Program-made: the position numbers and the translations under genes | In this document: piece after piece, positions 26,597 through 38,351 of the stretch | How the letters are laid out: each line of letters opens with the position of its first letter | How positions within the stretch are numbered: position 1 is the first letter of the stretch | Assembly: GCA_024704765.1 (NCBI GenBank) | Contig: JAKMXF010000133.1 | Span: 620,001 to 684,000 of the forward strand | Length of the DNA stretch: 64,000 nt | Direction of reading: 5' to 3' | Source: Oopsacas minuta | Taxonomy: Eukaryota > Animalia > Porifera | The notes under the pieces: model-generated | Databases searched by the model: none | Seen by the model: the letters and a program-made list of their open reading frames with translations, nothing else | Told to the model about the DNA's origin: nothing

Positions 26597-26717
26597 CGGT
26601 GGTTCCCAACCTGGAGCCATGGATCCTTTGGTGGTCCACAGACGACAGCAGGGAGTCCACAGAATATGTTAAAATTGGTCAAGGGGGTCCACAGTTGAAA
26701 AAAGTTAGGAACCACTG
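26597..26717. mobile_element. hAT-type MITE
   Basis: TIRs C(G)GTGGTTCCCAAC and CAGTGGTTCCTAAC; near-identical 8-bp TSD (TGATACAG/TAATACAG). Confidence 0.7.
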
Positions 26718-27068
26718 TAATACAGTATAGTAGCCTCTGATAAGTTTCATAAAATAATATAATAAAAACTGTGTAACTATATTAAGTTATAGATTATTGA
26801 GTACTATAATTAACAATATTGATTAAAATGATTCCTGTAATGCAGTCGTAGGAGAAATGAGTTTCAAGAAACAGCATTGACATTTGTCTCGGAGAAATTA
26901 GGCAACCCCAGGGGTATAAATACTGTATTCAATCTCTGGAATAATATACAACTAAACTTCCTAACACACAGTATGAAATTAAAATAAACAATAATAACAA
27001 AAATTAGAAAATAGAGAGGGTAAAAGGAATGTCATAGGAAGAAATACCAAATTAAATCAGAAGTTGTA

Positions 27069-29915
27069 TTAGACATGAGTAAGTGTCAGATTATCTTTTC
27101 CAATAATATTTTTCTTGTTAGAACTTGGGTCAGGGTGACTTGAGGTATTCACAGGAAGGGTAGGAGTACCGTTACTTTTAGTCTGTGAAGCACTAATAGT
27201 ATTCGTGGAATCATGTATGCGACTTGTACAGTGTGAAGTACTATAAGGGTGAGATGATGGGGTGCTAGGGATATTGCGACTGTTAGAAGCAGGATAATCT
27301 TTGATACTTGTGCTGTGCGAGGTATTAGAAAGATGAGTAGACGATGAGATGCTAGATATATTGTTATTATTATAACTGCCAGTATTCAAATTAATAAGCG
27401 CAGGAGTGGGATCGCATCCGCTATGATTATTATCCATTAAATTATTAGAGGAAGTATTTTTATGTAGCTGGGTTTCACTCGTAGGTTGATGAGTGATTAC
27501 TAACTGTTCTAAAGGAATAGTACCGCAAGCACTACCACTATCTGTCAAAGGATTACTCTTCCTTGGATTGACAATTGAACCAAAATCGTTTGTTGATATC
27601 ATACCAGACTTATCTTGAGATGTAATTCCAGATTGAATGGTATCACGTTTACCGAAATGAGAAATATTGCTATAAATGACATCATTCGTTCTTTGACTCG
27701 TATTCATCTCAGGTATTCCAGTTTGAAATGAATTATTAGCAGAATTAACAGAACTACTCGTAGTTTGAATGGGATACGTATTCTTAGTAGCGAGATTGGT
27801 AGTAGGAATGTTTGGTGTATTCGATATGGGAATATGCCTATTAGCCAATATATGCTCCAATCTTGAAGGCAAGAATGGACATCTATTATGTAAATCAAAT
27901 CTGACCTGCATTAATAGCTTACCTAGCCTGTTCTCTCCCTTCCTATCGCCACCATCTCCCCAGAACTTATCATTATGTGTGTGTTCATACAGCTTAATAT
28001 CTCCTGTACGAATTAGCAAGTGAGCTAACTCTTCATTTTGATTGAATTTAGCTTCTAGAGCTTTTAACATAACATTTTCTTTGATTTTAGACCAGTCAGG
28101 CCTAATCCATTTCTGTACTTCAGGAAGTCGTGTGTACTGAAAAGCTTCTCTCGAACTATCCAGTCTACGAACATACTCAACGTGTGGAGTACCTACAAAC
28201 TTCTGAGATTGAAAATAATGTTCTGTTGTTTTCCACTCCTTATCATCTATCTTAAGTCTGAGACAAGGAAAGAAATTCGTAAATTCGTAGAAAGGATCTT
28301 CTCTGTTGTAGAAATCAATATAACATATCTGTGTATCAGAGTACCATCTAGGTCCAAGAGCATAATCACTACCACTCAGTAGATAAGTGTATTTTGAATA
28401 GGAATTGTATTTTGTAGTGTGTGAACCAAAACAACAATCTTTTTTATAGTAAAGTTTATCACCACAAATCTTGCAAATATTCCTATATGTAGATTTATTG
28501 TATTTCTTGTGACACCATTCATTAAATAAGAAGAAGCATTTATCAGAACATGTAATATGCTGGTAGCTCTGGTTATCAGCACAACACCAGTAACAAGTTG
28601 GTATACAAGCGTTCCAGTTAGATGCAGTAGATATGTTCCACTCTGCTACCTGAGGGAAATTTATCAGGGCTCTAGGGATAGGACCGATGTCGCTTTTCTT
28701 ATACAACCATTCTGTAATAGTCTGAGATAACACTAGATAGTCTGGATATGAATTAGCAACTCTTTTACTTTCCGTTTGGGAATACTTTGGAGAATTAGTT
28801 GAATTTAGACTCAGGTTTTTACCATCAGATTCTGAGCTTGAATGAATATTAATAGTACTTTGTATATTCAATTTCTTATCAGTTCGTGTGTGTGTAGCAA
28901 CTTTGCCAGTACTTACACTACCTGTATTAGTGTGTGAAGTATCGTACCAATGAGGTCCTTTCTGTATTAACTTCCATGCCTCATCAGTTTGTAGAAATGT
29001 ATCTCTTCTTTGGAAATGAAACTTATCACAAGTAGAATAGCCTTGTTCAGAGAATCTCCCACAACCAGGATATTCACAGAATTCTATTCCGTGAATTACT
29101 AAGATCTTACGTCTACACCATTCATGGAATATTTTATAACATTTATAGGAACAAAAATACTGATATTTATCAGTCACTATATTACCACAATAATAACAAC
29201 CTTTGATATCAGTTATCCAGTTCTTATGGTTTGAGTATTGAGACGATAGATGATCTGATGTCTTGTAAGATCTAGGAATAGGTCCTACATCTGTGTTGAA
29301 TATTAAATATAATTTAAATTCTTTTGCTAAGTCCATTATTGTAGTATTTATAGCTGAGTTAACCTGAGTAGACTGAGTACTCTGAATTACAGAGGATGAT
29401 GTATTAAAACTTTGTTTATTGTTATACCAAGAAGGACCTTTAGCAATCAATCCTCTCAATTGATCTCGGGTAATAAATTTATACAAGTTATCATACTCAT
29501 AATTATGAGTTCTAGAACAACAGACATAAGATTTATCTCCTGGAGACTTATCACATCCTGGGAGTTTACAGAATCTCCTTGTTTGGAATGATTCTACTCT
29601 CTTAACACACCATTCATGTAAATAATAAATACACTCTTTACAACAACAAATTCCTTGAACAACCGTTCTATCTCTCTCACACCAATAACATCCTATAATC
29701 TGTTTATTCCAATTATGATTATTCTTGTATTTAGGAATAGGGTATTTATCTGCTACAGCTCCTCTGGGGATAGATCCTATATCTGTCTCATAGTACAGAG
29801 TTCTGAGTAGTCCTTCTGAAAAATTGAGCTCATCTCTATGATATCCTGTTTGCTTCTTGACCCAATCAACCCAATTAGAAACAAATGAGAAGAAAATGAT
29901 ATCCTTGTTTGCCAT
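27069..29915 (-). CDS. Array gene G2: three Cys/His modules + NADAR + long Ser/Thr/Asn tail (probable start MANKD at 29915)
   Basis: Intact ORF of about 950 aa; NADAR at about 27890-28320 with TTEHYFQSQKF and EHTHNDKFWGDGGDRKGENRLG. Confidence 0.9.
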   Translation of the reverse strand: MANKDIIFFSFVSNWVDWVKKQTGYHRDELNFSEGLLRTLYYETDIGSIPRGAVADKYPIPKYKNNHNWNKQIIGCYWCERDRTVVQGICCCKECIYYLHEWCVKRVESFQTRRFCKLPGCDKSPGDKSYVCCSRTHNYEYDNLYKFITRDQLRGLIAKGPSWYNNKQSFNTSSSVIQSTQSTQVNSAINTTIMDLAKEFKLYLIFNTDVGPIPRSYKTSDHLSSQYSNHKNWITDIKGCYYCGNIVTDKYQYFCSYKCYKIFHEWCRRKILVIHGIEFCEYPGCGRFSEQGYSTCDKFHFQRRDTFLQTDEAWKLIQKGPHWYDTSHTNTGSVSTGKVATHTRTDKKLNIQSTINIHSSSESDGKNLSLNSTNSPKYSQTESKRVANSYPDYLVLSQTITEWLYKKSDIGPIPRALINFPQVAEWNISTASNWNACIPTCYWCCADNQSYQHITCSDKCFFLFNEWCHKKYNKSTYRNICKICGDKLYYKKDCCFGSHTTKYNSYSKYTYLLSGSDYALGPRWYSDTQICYIDFYNREDPFYEFTNFFPCLRLKIDDKEWKTTEHYFQSQKFVGTPHVEYVRRLDSSREAFQYTRLPEVQKWIRPDWSKIKENVMLKALEAKFNQNEELAHLLIRTGDIKLYEHTHNDKFWGDGGDRKGENRLGKLLMQVRFDLHNRCPFLPSRLEHILANRHIPISNTPNIPTTNLATKNTYPIQTTSSSVNSANNSFQTGIPEMNTSQRTNDVIYSNISHFGKRDTIQSGITSQDKSGMISTNDFGSIVNPRKSNPLTDSGSACGTIPLEQLVITHQPTSETQLHKNTSSNNLMDNNHSGCDPTPALINLNTGSYNNNNISSISSSTHLSNTSHSTSIKDYPASNSRNIPSTPSSHPYSTSHCTSRIHDSTNTISASQTKSNGTPTLPVNTSSHPDPSSNKKNIIGKDNLTLTHV

Positions 29916-30473
29916 AAAACAACTCCTACATAACATAGAAACCTGTATATCACGACTGCTCTATAATTATTGGTCCCATGTACATAGCTATTATACATGT
30001 AAAGTACACGTGGGAGCACTTTCTCTTGTGATTTTCAGACGCCTGAATCAGGATATTTAAAAGGTCTAAAAATTTCAAGCCCCAACTATATTTTTGTTTC
30101 AAACGATATGCATATAGGAGAGAGTCCAGTGCTCCTAGATAAACCCTGCAATAACAGTCACTTATCTACAGTCATACCGGTTTATTTCGCAGTATGATGT
30201 ACCCATATTTACCTACCAATTGTACTACATCACGACCTATTTTGATCCTCTGATAGTAGATAGAATCAAATAGGGTGTATACCAGGGGTCGGCAACTGCG
30301 GCCCGAAAAACATTTTCATGGCCGGCCGAAGAATGGGCTACAACCTTATTATATTACCATAATATTCTACTTACGTATATATTCATTGATAGCATTAGAA
30401 ATCTGCTCATCACTTTCATAAATTTTCCAACACAAAATATTCCTTTTCAATACCTACTTTTTTATTTGTTATA

Positions 30474-31806
30474 CAGGGTGTATCATAAATGCTGTCGTGT
30501 AGTAACAATATTCATATAGTAACGGATTGTATTACAACCTTAATTAGAATTCAATTTATTATGCAGTATCGTAAAGTATTACGTTAATGCTATCTAAAAC
30601 AATACTTAGCTACTTTGGGCTGATCGTATTTCTTAGAAAATTTTTTCACATTGACGCTCCTTGATATATTCGGAAAATGAATGTTAAAGATTATGGTTTG
30701 GAAATCCGTAATCAAGCTATTGGCATGCTAAAGGCTGGCATGACCCAGAAAGACGTAGCTATAAAGCTCCAAGTTAGTTTGAGATCAATCGAACGGTGGT
30801 GGCGCAAGCAGAAGCTCGGAAATCTCAAAAAACTGTAGCCCATCCTGGGAGGAATACGAGTGTACAAAAGGCCGCCAAAATTATAATTTCGAAATCTCTC
30901 GGAAAAGATACAAATCTACTAGGAAATTGGCTGATATAGTGACCTCAAGGGGCTATCCTATACCGCATTCGACCGTTCATCGTTATCTTCAGGATAATAT
31001 TGGCGCGAAATCTTACAAAAGGCCGCGATTGACGGAGAAAATGAAGGAAAAACGACTCAAATTTGCAGAATCTCGCAAAGAATGGACTGTCGAAGATTGG
31101 AAACAGGTATTGTGGTCTGATGAAGCACCCTTTCAATTGTTCAATACTCCAAACCGACAGAACGATCGGGTTTGGGCTAAAAATTCAGACAATGTTGAAC
31201 CTTGCGTTCAAGTTAAATTTCCAGGGAAAATTCATGTCTGGGGCATGATGTCCCATCGAGTTGTCTCTGAACTCCATATAGTGCCTCCAAAACAGACAAT
31301 AAATGGTTGCTACTATCGGAACTATATTTTGAATAAAACCTGTAAGGATGCAATAGAACGCGACTCAGAAAATGGGACAATATTACAGCGATCAATGCTC
31401 TCAGATATGTCCAGTTTTATTTTATGCAGGATGGTGCTCCAGCACACTGCAAATTTGACTCAGTCCTTGTGTGAAAAGAATTTCCCAAAGTTTTGGATGA
31501 AAGAAGAGTGGCCAGGAAACTCGCCCGACCTCAATCCTATTGAGAATCTATGGTCTATTCTGAAAGATAGCGTCAGCCAAATGGAGAATATGACGAAGCT
31601 GGACCATTTAATTTCTCAAGTAAAAAAGGCTTGGGAGGGCATTGATCCAAAATTTTTAGAAAATTTAGTAGCAAGTATGCCTAATAGGACTAGATCAGTT
31701 ATAGAATGCGATGGAGATTACATAAATAAATAATTAGCTTAAACGATCCACTTTTTTGTGTTTTGAGATATTTCCTAGAACCCGACAATAATTATGATAC
31801 ACCCTG
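30474..31806 (+). mobile_element. Tc1/mariner-superfamily DNA transposon, 1333 bp, defective
   Basis: TIRs CAGGGTGTATCATAA-x-TGTCG at both ends, TA TSDs, internal transposase. Confidence 0.9.
30677..31733 (+). pseudogene. Frameshifted Tc1-like DDE transposase
   Basis: The HTH start MNVKDYGLEIRNQAIGML..VAIKLQVSLRSIERW has shifts near 30820 and 30905. VLWSDEAPF and SPDLNPIENLW are present; the QDGAPAH motif is readable only in a shifted frame near 31425-31445. Confidence 0.9.
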
Positions 31807-32244
31807 TACAATATTTTCATTAGATTACGAAACGATTAAACTCCATCACTATCCTACCATCATGTCCATTTGTAGTAGTAGCAAGAAAAGAAAAATTGAC
31901 TCTGAATAGATACATCAATTCTTTCAAGGACTTTGGTAGAATTAGTGGATATTCACCATATATGTACATCAACAAATAGTCATCTAGTGGCCAGCACATC
32001 TATGAAAAGAGTTTATATGGCCCGCACTCAAATAAAGTTGCTGACCCCTGGTGTATACGATATATAGAAAACCTATTAAAAGCATAGAAGTATACAATTT
32101 AACAAAATAATATTACTATACTACATCACTATACGTATACGGGGATATAAGGAATACCAGAAAAGATCAGGAAACAACTAAAAGATGTAACTGTTACACA
32201 GATTGTATACCTGGGCAATGTATAAATATTTATTGAATAGTTCA

Positions 32245-35118
32245 TCAATTCACGTCCGCGTCCGTTTCCATGTCTTCATTGTCACTGAGAGGGAGTGGTG
32301 TGCTTTCAGGACTGAGATCAGTGTTCCTATTCTTAACATCAGATAAACGGAAGTTAATCTGAATGCTATTATCTATAGGCATACCGACGTCTCCAGAAGC
32401 TTTCGGAATAGAGGGTCGATTAGCTTGAGTTTGGACCGAACAATTCGGCTGCGTTAGAGAGTTTTCTTCAGTGAGAAATGGATTAATTTTATCGGTGTTG
32501 GTTTCTGTCATATCAACATCACTGGAATTATCATGTAAAAATGGATTATTAACATCTTTACTGATATCAGTGGTATCAGGTGTATTGGGAATGGTGGATG
32601 ATGAGTCTGAACCTTGAGAAAACTGAAAAGGGTTATTATAATCAAGATCCAAATCGCGTTTTGCTTTACCAACTTCAAATAATGGTCCATCTGTAGCACT
32701 AGCATTACAAGCTACAGTTTGTTCTGGAGGATTAATAGGCGGTATAACTTGTGCTGGTATTTGAGTTAGACTGTCTCCTTGAGATGATGTTTGTGGAGCG
32801 TAATTCGTGGATAGGGGTGATGCATTCAAATTGATTAGATCTTCAGTGCAGGAATTCGTTGTATTACTTTTAGTTCGAGCAACTCGTGTTTCACTAATAT
32901 GCATAGGAGATTGTATAGAGGATTGAGGTAGAATATTATTCTCATTCATATTGGATTGTGATGGAATAATCTGTGTATTGCTGGAATTTGTAGGGGCAAA
33001 ATTTATGGGCACAAAATCCTTCATTTGAATTGGTTGAAACGTATTTAACATTGGTTGCTGTGAGCATTGTAATTCTGTTCTAACAACCATCAACAGTTCT
33101 CCTAACTTATTCATACCTTTCCCATCCCCACCATCTCCCCAGAACTTATCATTCTTCGTGTGCTCAAATATAAGCTTTTCACCAGTCCTAATCAATATCT
33201 GAGCAAGATCTATATTTTGATTGAATTTACATCTCAATGCTTTTAACATAACCTGCATTTTAATTTTTGGCCAATTAGTTCGAACCCAGCGCTGTACACC
33301 AGGATTTCTAGAGAAATCAAATGCATCTCTTGGAGCTTGGAGCTGACTAACGAAATATACATAAGGAGTTCCAGCAAACTTACAAGCTTGAAAATAATGC
33401 TCAGTTGTTGGCCATATCATATTATCAATCACAAGGTTGCTACATGGATAGAAATTAGTCAGCTCATAAAATGGTTCATTTCTGTTATAGAAATTGATAG
33501 GTGTTAGGCTATAATCATGATACCATCTGGGTCCAAGTGCGAACTCAGTACTCTTCAAGAGATGAGAATACTGATTGAATCGCTCATACTCTTTTGAATG
33601 AGTACGATTACAACAGTCAAATCCATAAGCTGATGGAAACTTGCAACCCATTACTCTACATAGTTTCTTTTTTGAAGTATTTGTGTACAAACAGTGGACC
33701 CATTCATTCAGCAGAAATATACATCTGTCAGAACATGTGATACAGTTCATGCGGAGCTGGTTTGTACAGCACCAATAGCAAAGAGGAATATCAACATTCC
33801 AATTCGGATTAGGAATATTATTCATCATGGGAATAAATTGGATTAATTTTCTGGGAATTGGACCTACGTCTTGGAAGTAATATAAGAACTCAGTTAACTC
33901 CCATGAAAATACACAGTGTTGTAGACCTGGTGATGGAGAATACTGTTTCGGTGGAGTGGATTGTTGCGGAACTGCTGGTGGAGAAACTGGATTTTGAGAA
34001 TGATTGGCATTTACTCTTTGATTATTGACTCTGTTAACATCAGGGATATCACGTTTTTTATACCAGTCTGGTCCTATGGCTGTTAATCTTTCACTGTCTA
34101 TTTTCCTGACTTGGCTATACTTTTCTTTTATAGCTATTGTATGTTCTCTGCTACAACAATCAAAACCATCAGCTGCTGTCTTATTACAACCTGTATTCCT
34201 ACACATATTAACACCAGTAAGGGAACAAACTTTACTCCTACACCATTCATAGAAAATTAAGTAACAGCGATATCTACAGAAATTGTCATTTCCTATAGAT
34301 TTGTTACCACACCAATAACAGCCTTCTATCTGTCTCAACCAGTTAGGAGAGCTAGAGTAAGGAGAAATTAGATGATTTTCATTTGGCTTTGTTCTTGGAA
34401 TTATACCAATGTCTGTTTGGAATATCATTGCGTTGTGTAGATCTATTGGGAATTCCATTATTTGATCAAAATTAGCAGATGTATCATTGGTCTTGTTCTT
34501 ACCATTTCCTTGGGACTGTATTTTCTGTTTAGGTGGTGGCTTAGTGATCTGAGAAGTTGAATTCGAAATTTGTTGAAGGGGTACATTAGATAATCCTCCA
34601 TTAGAACAATACCAAGAAGGTCCTTCTCTAATAACTGTCTTCAAGAGAATCTTATGATCTGAACCTTTAGGAAATTCTGAATCATAATATCCGTTATGTT
34701 TAGTACCACAATACAAATGATTATCTTTTGTATTTGTATCACAACCAGGGAATCTACAGAACCTTCTATTAGTAAAGTAATGAACTCTCTCAACACACCA
34801 ATCATGTAGATAGAAGAAACATTCTTTAGTACAACATATTCCATTATAATCAGTGTTATCATCTTTACACCAGTAACAACCATCTATTTGTTTGTTCCAA
34901 TTATTTGAATGAAAATATTTAGGGTTATCTCCTGCTGTATTAAGCTTAAATCCACGAGGAATACAACCTACATCTGTTTCATAACAGAGAGTGTTTAAGA
35001 GTCCTTCGAAGAATTGTATTACTTGTCCACTGATTGATACTGGAATAAATGTATCTTTACAGAAACTTGCCCAATACATGAGAAATGGACCCCATCCAGT
35101 TCTAGAATCGGATGCCAT
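32245..35118 (-). CDS. Array gene G3: three Cys/His modules + NADAR + tail with three NPF motifs, 957 aa
   Basis: Intact ORF; NADAR at about 33070-33500 with TTEHYFQACKF and EHTKNDKFWGDGGDGKGMNKLG. Confidence 0.9.
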   Translation of the reverse strand: MASDSRTGWGPFLMYWASFCKDTFIPVSISGQVIQFFEGLLNTLCYETDVGCIPRGFKLNTAGDNPKYFHSNNWNKQIDGCYWCKDDNTDYNGICCTKECFFYLHDWCVERVHYFTNRRFCRFPGCDTNTKDNHLYCGTKHNGYYDSEFPKGSDHKILLKTVIREGPSWYCSNGGLSNVPLQQISNSTSQITKPPPKQKIQSQGNGKNKTNDTSANFDQIMEFPIDLHNAMIFQTDIGIIPRTKPNENHLISPYSSSPNWLRQIEGCYWCGNKSIGNDNFCRYRCYLIFYEWCRSKVCSLTGVNMCRNTGCNKTAADGFDCCSREHTIAIKEKYSQVRKIDSERLTAIGPDWYKKRDIPDVNRVNNQRVNANHSQNPVSPPAVPQQSTPPKQYSPSPGLQHCVFSWELTEFLYYFQDVGPIPRKLIQFIPMMNNIPNPNWNVDIPLCYWCCTNQLRMNCITCSDRCIFLLNEWVHCLYTNTSKKKLCRVMGCKFPSAYGFDCCNRTHSKEYERFNQYSHLLKSTEFALGPRWYHDYSLTPINFYNRNEPFYELTNFYPCSNLVIDNMIWPTTEHYFQACKFAGTPYVYFVSQLQAPRDAFDFSRNPGVQRWVRTNWPKIKMQVMLKALRCKFNQNIDLAQILIRTGEKLIFEHTKNDKFWGDGGDGKGMNKLGELLMVVRTELQCSQQPMLNTFQPIQMKDFVPINFAPTNSSNTQIIPSQSNMNENNILPQSSIQSPMHISETRVARTKSNTTNSCTEDLINLNASPLSTNYAPQTSSQGDSLTQIPAQVIPPINPPEQTVACNASATDGPLFEVGKAKRDLDLDYNNPFQFSQGSDSSSTIPNTPDTTDISKDVNNPFLHDNSSDVDMTETNTDKINPFLTEENSLTQPNCSVQTQANRPSIPKASGDVGMPIDNSIQINFRLSDVKNRNTDLSPESTPLPLSDNEDMETDADVN

Positions 35119-35438
35119 TATTGCAAAGCAAAAAATCTAGAATAGACAACATATAGAATAGATAATATGATCTAAGTACATACAGAACAGGGAACGCCTG
35201 CAAACCACTAACGTAACCTTGGCACATTACCAACAGGGTCAGGAGCGGATCCAAGAAAGAGCTAGGTCTGGGAGAGAGTATATAGTAAAGCGTGAAATTA
35301 CAATTTACATTCATGTACCATGGAATGGTGGAATTAGTATGGATGTAGCAGTATAAAAGTAACAATTGCCAGCCTGATCAATTTATAACTCGAAGAAATA
35401 GTACAAGTAAAAGCTTCTCGATTAATGTGGTGGAGACT

Positions 35439-35546
35439 CAGAGGCGTAGCTAGGGTCGCATGATGGATGGTGCGGCATAAGTGTGGCAAAGTAGTAGGTA
35501 CAGTTGCGGAATGTGACGCAGGTGCTGCACCCTGGCTACTTCTCTG
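35439..35546. mobile_element. Small GC-rich MITE, possibly PIF/Harbinger-type
   Basis: Imperfect TIRs CAGAGGCGTAGCTAGGGT and CAGAGAAGTAGCCAGGGT; TSD not clear. Confidence 0.45.
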
Positions 35547-35721
35547 GGTATAATAATTATTTGGTGGTTCAGAATACTCATTGCACAGGGACGTAGCGAG
35601 GGGAAATTATTGAGTACTTATCCTATAGTTTATATCTTCACGAGTTCAGGCGCAATAGAAAGTAAATAAAATGTATAAAAATAATAAATTCATCTGGCAA
35701 AATAAAATTACAAACTTAAGT

Positions 35722-38134
35722 TCAGTAATCTGAATCACTGTCATCAGATGAAGAATACAGTTGGACTTTTCTAAGTGATGTTATATCTGTATCTGATGTA
35801 ATATCTTCTGTAAGAGAAGCTTTTGACACAATTTTCAAATTAGGAACTTTCGGTAAAGAAACAAATGAAACATCAATACTGTTATCAGAATAAAACTGAT
35901 TAGATTTGAATCCTTCCCTTATACCAACCAACATATCTCCGAGAGAACTATCTCTACAAACAAGAGGTCTCATCCCTGTCATAATTAACAATCCTCTAAG
36001 TATACTGTTCTGTTGAAACTTAGCCAAAACACCTTTGTAAATTGTTTGTTCTAAGATTCTCTCCCAATCTGGTCTCACCCATTTCTCACAAGTTCTTCTC
36101 TTCATCCATCTCTCCAACTCACTAACACATTCCATACGACAGATACGGTTGCTATAAGGAGTTCCAACCAACTTCTGAGCACATAAATAATGATACACAC
36201 TAGGCCAAATAGATCCTTGTATAAACAATAGAGAAGGGAAATATATAGAAAACTCATAGAAAGCACCTGTCCTGGAGAAATGAATGGGAGATAAATCAGA
36301 GTACCACTTCGGTCCGAGAATCAATTCAACTTCTTCTTCTATGTTCAATGATAAATTCCCTCTCAATTCAGAGATATCCTTAATATGCTCTAAACTACAA
36401 CATACACAACCAGCAGCTCGCGAATTCTCACACCCAGGTAATACACATAACTTAACTCCACACGACGTCTCCAGTTTTCTAACACACCATTCATGAAACA
36501 GTAACCAACATCTTTTACCACAGGTTAACCCGTGGAAACTAGTGTTATTCAATTCACACCAGTAGCAGCCTGTAATCTCCATTCTCCAGTTATTATGTGT
36601 AGAGTATTCACTAGCTTGTTGATTGTAGCTGTTACGAGGGATAATACCAACATCAGTGTACTGAGCTAACAAGTTAGTTAGCTTACGAGATAATGTGAAG
36701 GGATATACCACAGGTAGATTCATATTATTAGATTCTTGGATATAATGTAGAAATGGATTCTGTGGTAATCCGAGTTCTTTCTTCGAATAAATACTGCTGT
36801 CAGTTTCCAAAGTATGAAGATGATCTTGTGTAATTGGTTTAGTAGACTTGGTAAATGTTGTACTAGGATGTGGCATATTGTATGACGTAATATTGTTGTA
36901 TATGTCTGTTGATAAATTAGCTCCTTGTTTTGAAGTAGAAATAGTTTCTAAGAAAGGATTATTATAATCAGAGTTCATAGTTATGTCAAGTTCAGTAGAA
37001 GAATTATTTGTTACTTTAATATTAGATTGATTATCAACTACTATTGGCTGTTGAGGAATCTTTGAAGATAAATGTATAGAATTCTGTGAGGAGTCAGATT
37101 CTTTGTACCAGTGAGGTCCTGTTAATCCTTCACTGTGTATTATCCTGACTTGGCTATACTTTTCTTTTATAGCTATTGTATGTTCTCTGCTACAACAATC
37201 AAAACCATCAGCTGCTGTCTTATTACAACCTGTATTCATACACATATCAACACCAGTAAGGGAACAAACTTTACACCTAGACCATTCATAGAATATCAAG
37301 TAACAGCGATATCTACAGAATGCATTTCCCTCAGACGTAGGTATTTCCGATTTGCGACCACACCAATAACAGCCTTCTATCTGTCTCAACCAGTTAAGAG
37401 AGCTAGAGTAAGGAGAAATTAGATGATGTTCTTTCAGGGGTGTTCTTGGAATTATACCAATGTCTGTTTGGAATATCATTGCGTTGTGTAGATCTATTGG
37501 GAATTCCATTATTTGATCAAAATTAGCAGATGTATCATTGGTCTTGTTCTTACCATTTCCTTGGGACTGTATTTTCTGTTTAGGTGGTGGCTTAGTGATC
37601 TGAGAAATTGAATTCAACATTTGTTGAAGGGGTACATTAGATAATCCCCCATTAGAACAATACCAAGAAGGTCCTTCTCTAATAACTGTCTTCAAGAGAA
37701 TCTTATGATCTGAACCTTTAGGAAATTCTGAATCATAATATCCGTTATGTTTAGTACCACAATACAAATGATTATCTTTTGTATTTGTATCACAACCAGG
37801 GAATCTACAGAACTTTCTATTAGTAAAGTAATGAACTCTCTCAACACACCAATCATGTAGATAGAAGAAACATTCTTTAGAACAACATATTCCATTATAA
37901 TCAGTGTTATCATCACTACACTAGTAACAACCAATTATTTGAATGAAAATATTTAGTTTTATCTCCTGCTGTATTAAGCTTAATTCCACGAGGAATACAA
38001 CCTACATCTGTTTCATAACAGAGAGTGTTTAAGAGTCCTTCGAAGAATTGCATTTTTTGACCACTTAATCCAAATAATGCCTCTTTAGAGTATGTTATCC
38101 AATAGCAGAGAAACGGCGTCACTTCAGAGGCCAT
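35722..38134 (-). pseudogene. Array gene G4: three modules + degenerate NADAR, disabled in module 1
   Basis: A 17-bp deletion relative to G5 at about 37931-37939, plus TGG>TAG at 37921-37923 in GCYWC. The rest of the frame is open to 35722. Confidence 0.85.
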
Positions 38135-38351
38135 TATATCTAATGATTCTAATCAGTGGCAAAAATAAATATAAATTAACCAAAAAAGGTGCTCTACACA
38201 ATTATTGTTATTATCAAAAGTTGCAAAATATATAAAAATAACGTGATAAAGATAAACAGCGAAATATAGTGTATCTCCACCTATTAAATACTAACTGGAC
38301 TATATGAAATGAAAGATACAGTGATGTCATGGGACTAGAGAATCATCATCG

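Larger units (their letters stand above)
30283..32050. mobile_element. hAT-type non-autonomous element (about 430 bp of its own) containing a nested Tc1-like element
   Basis: TIRs CAGGGGTCGGCAAC and CAGGGGTCAGCAAC; perfect 8-bp TSD GTGTATAC at 30275-30282 and 32051-32058. Confidence 0.9.
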
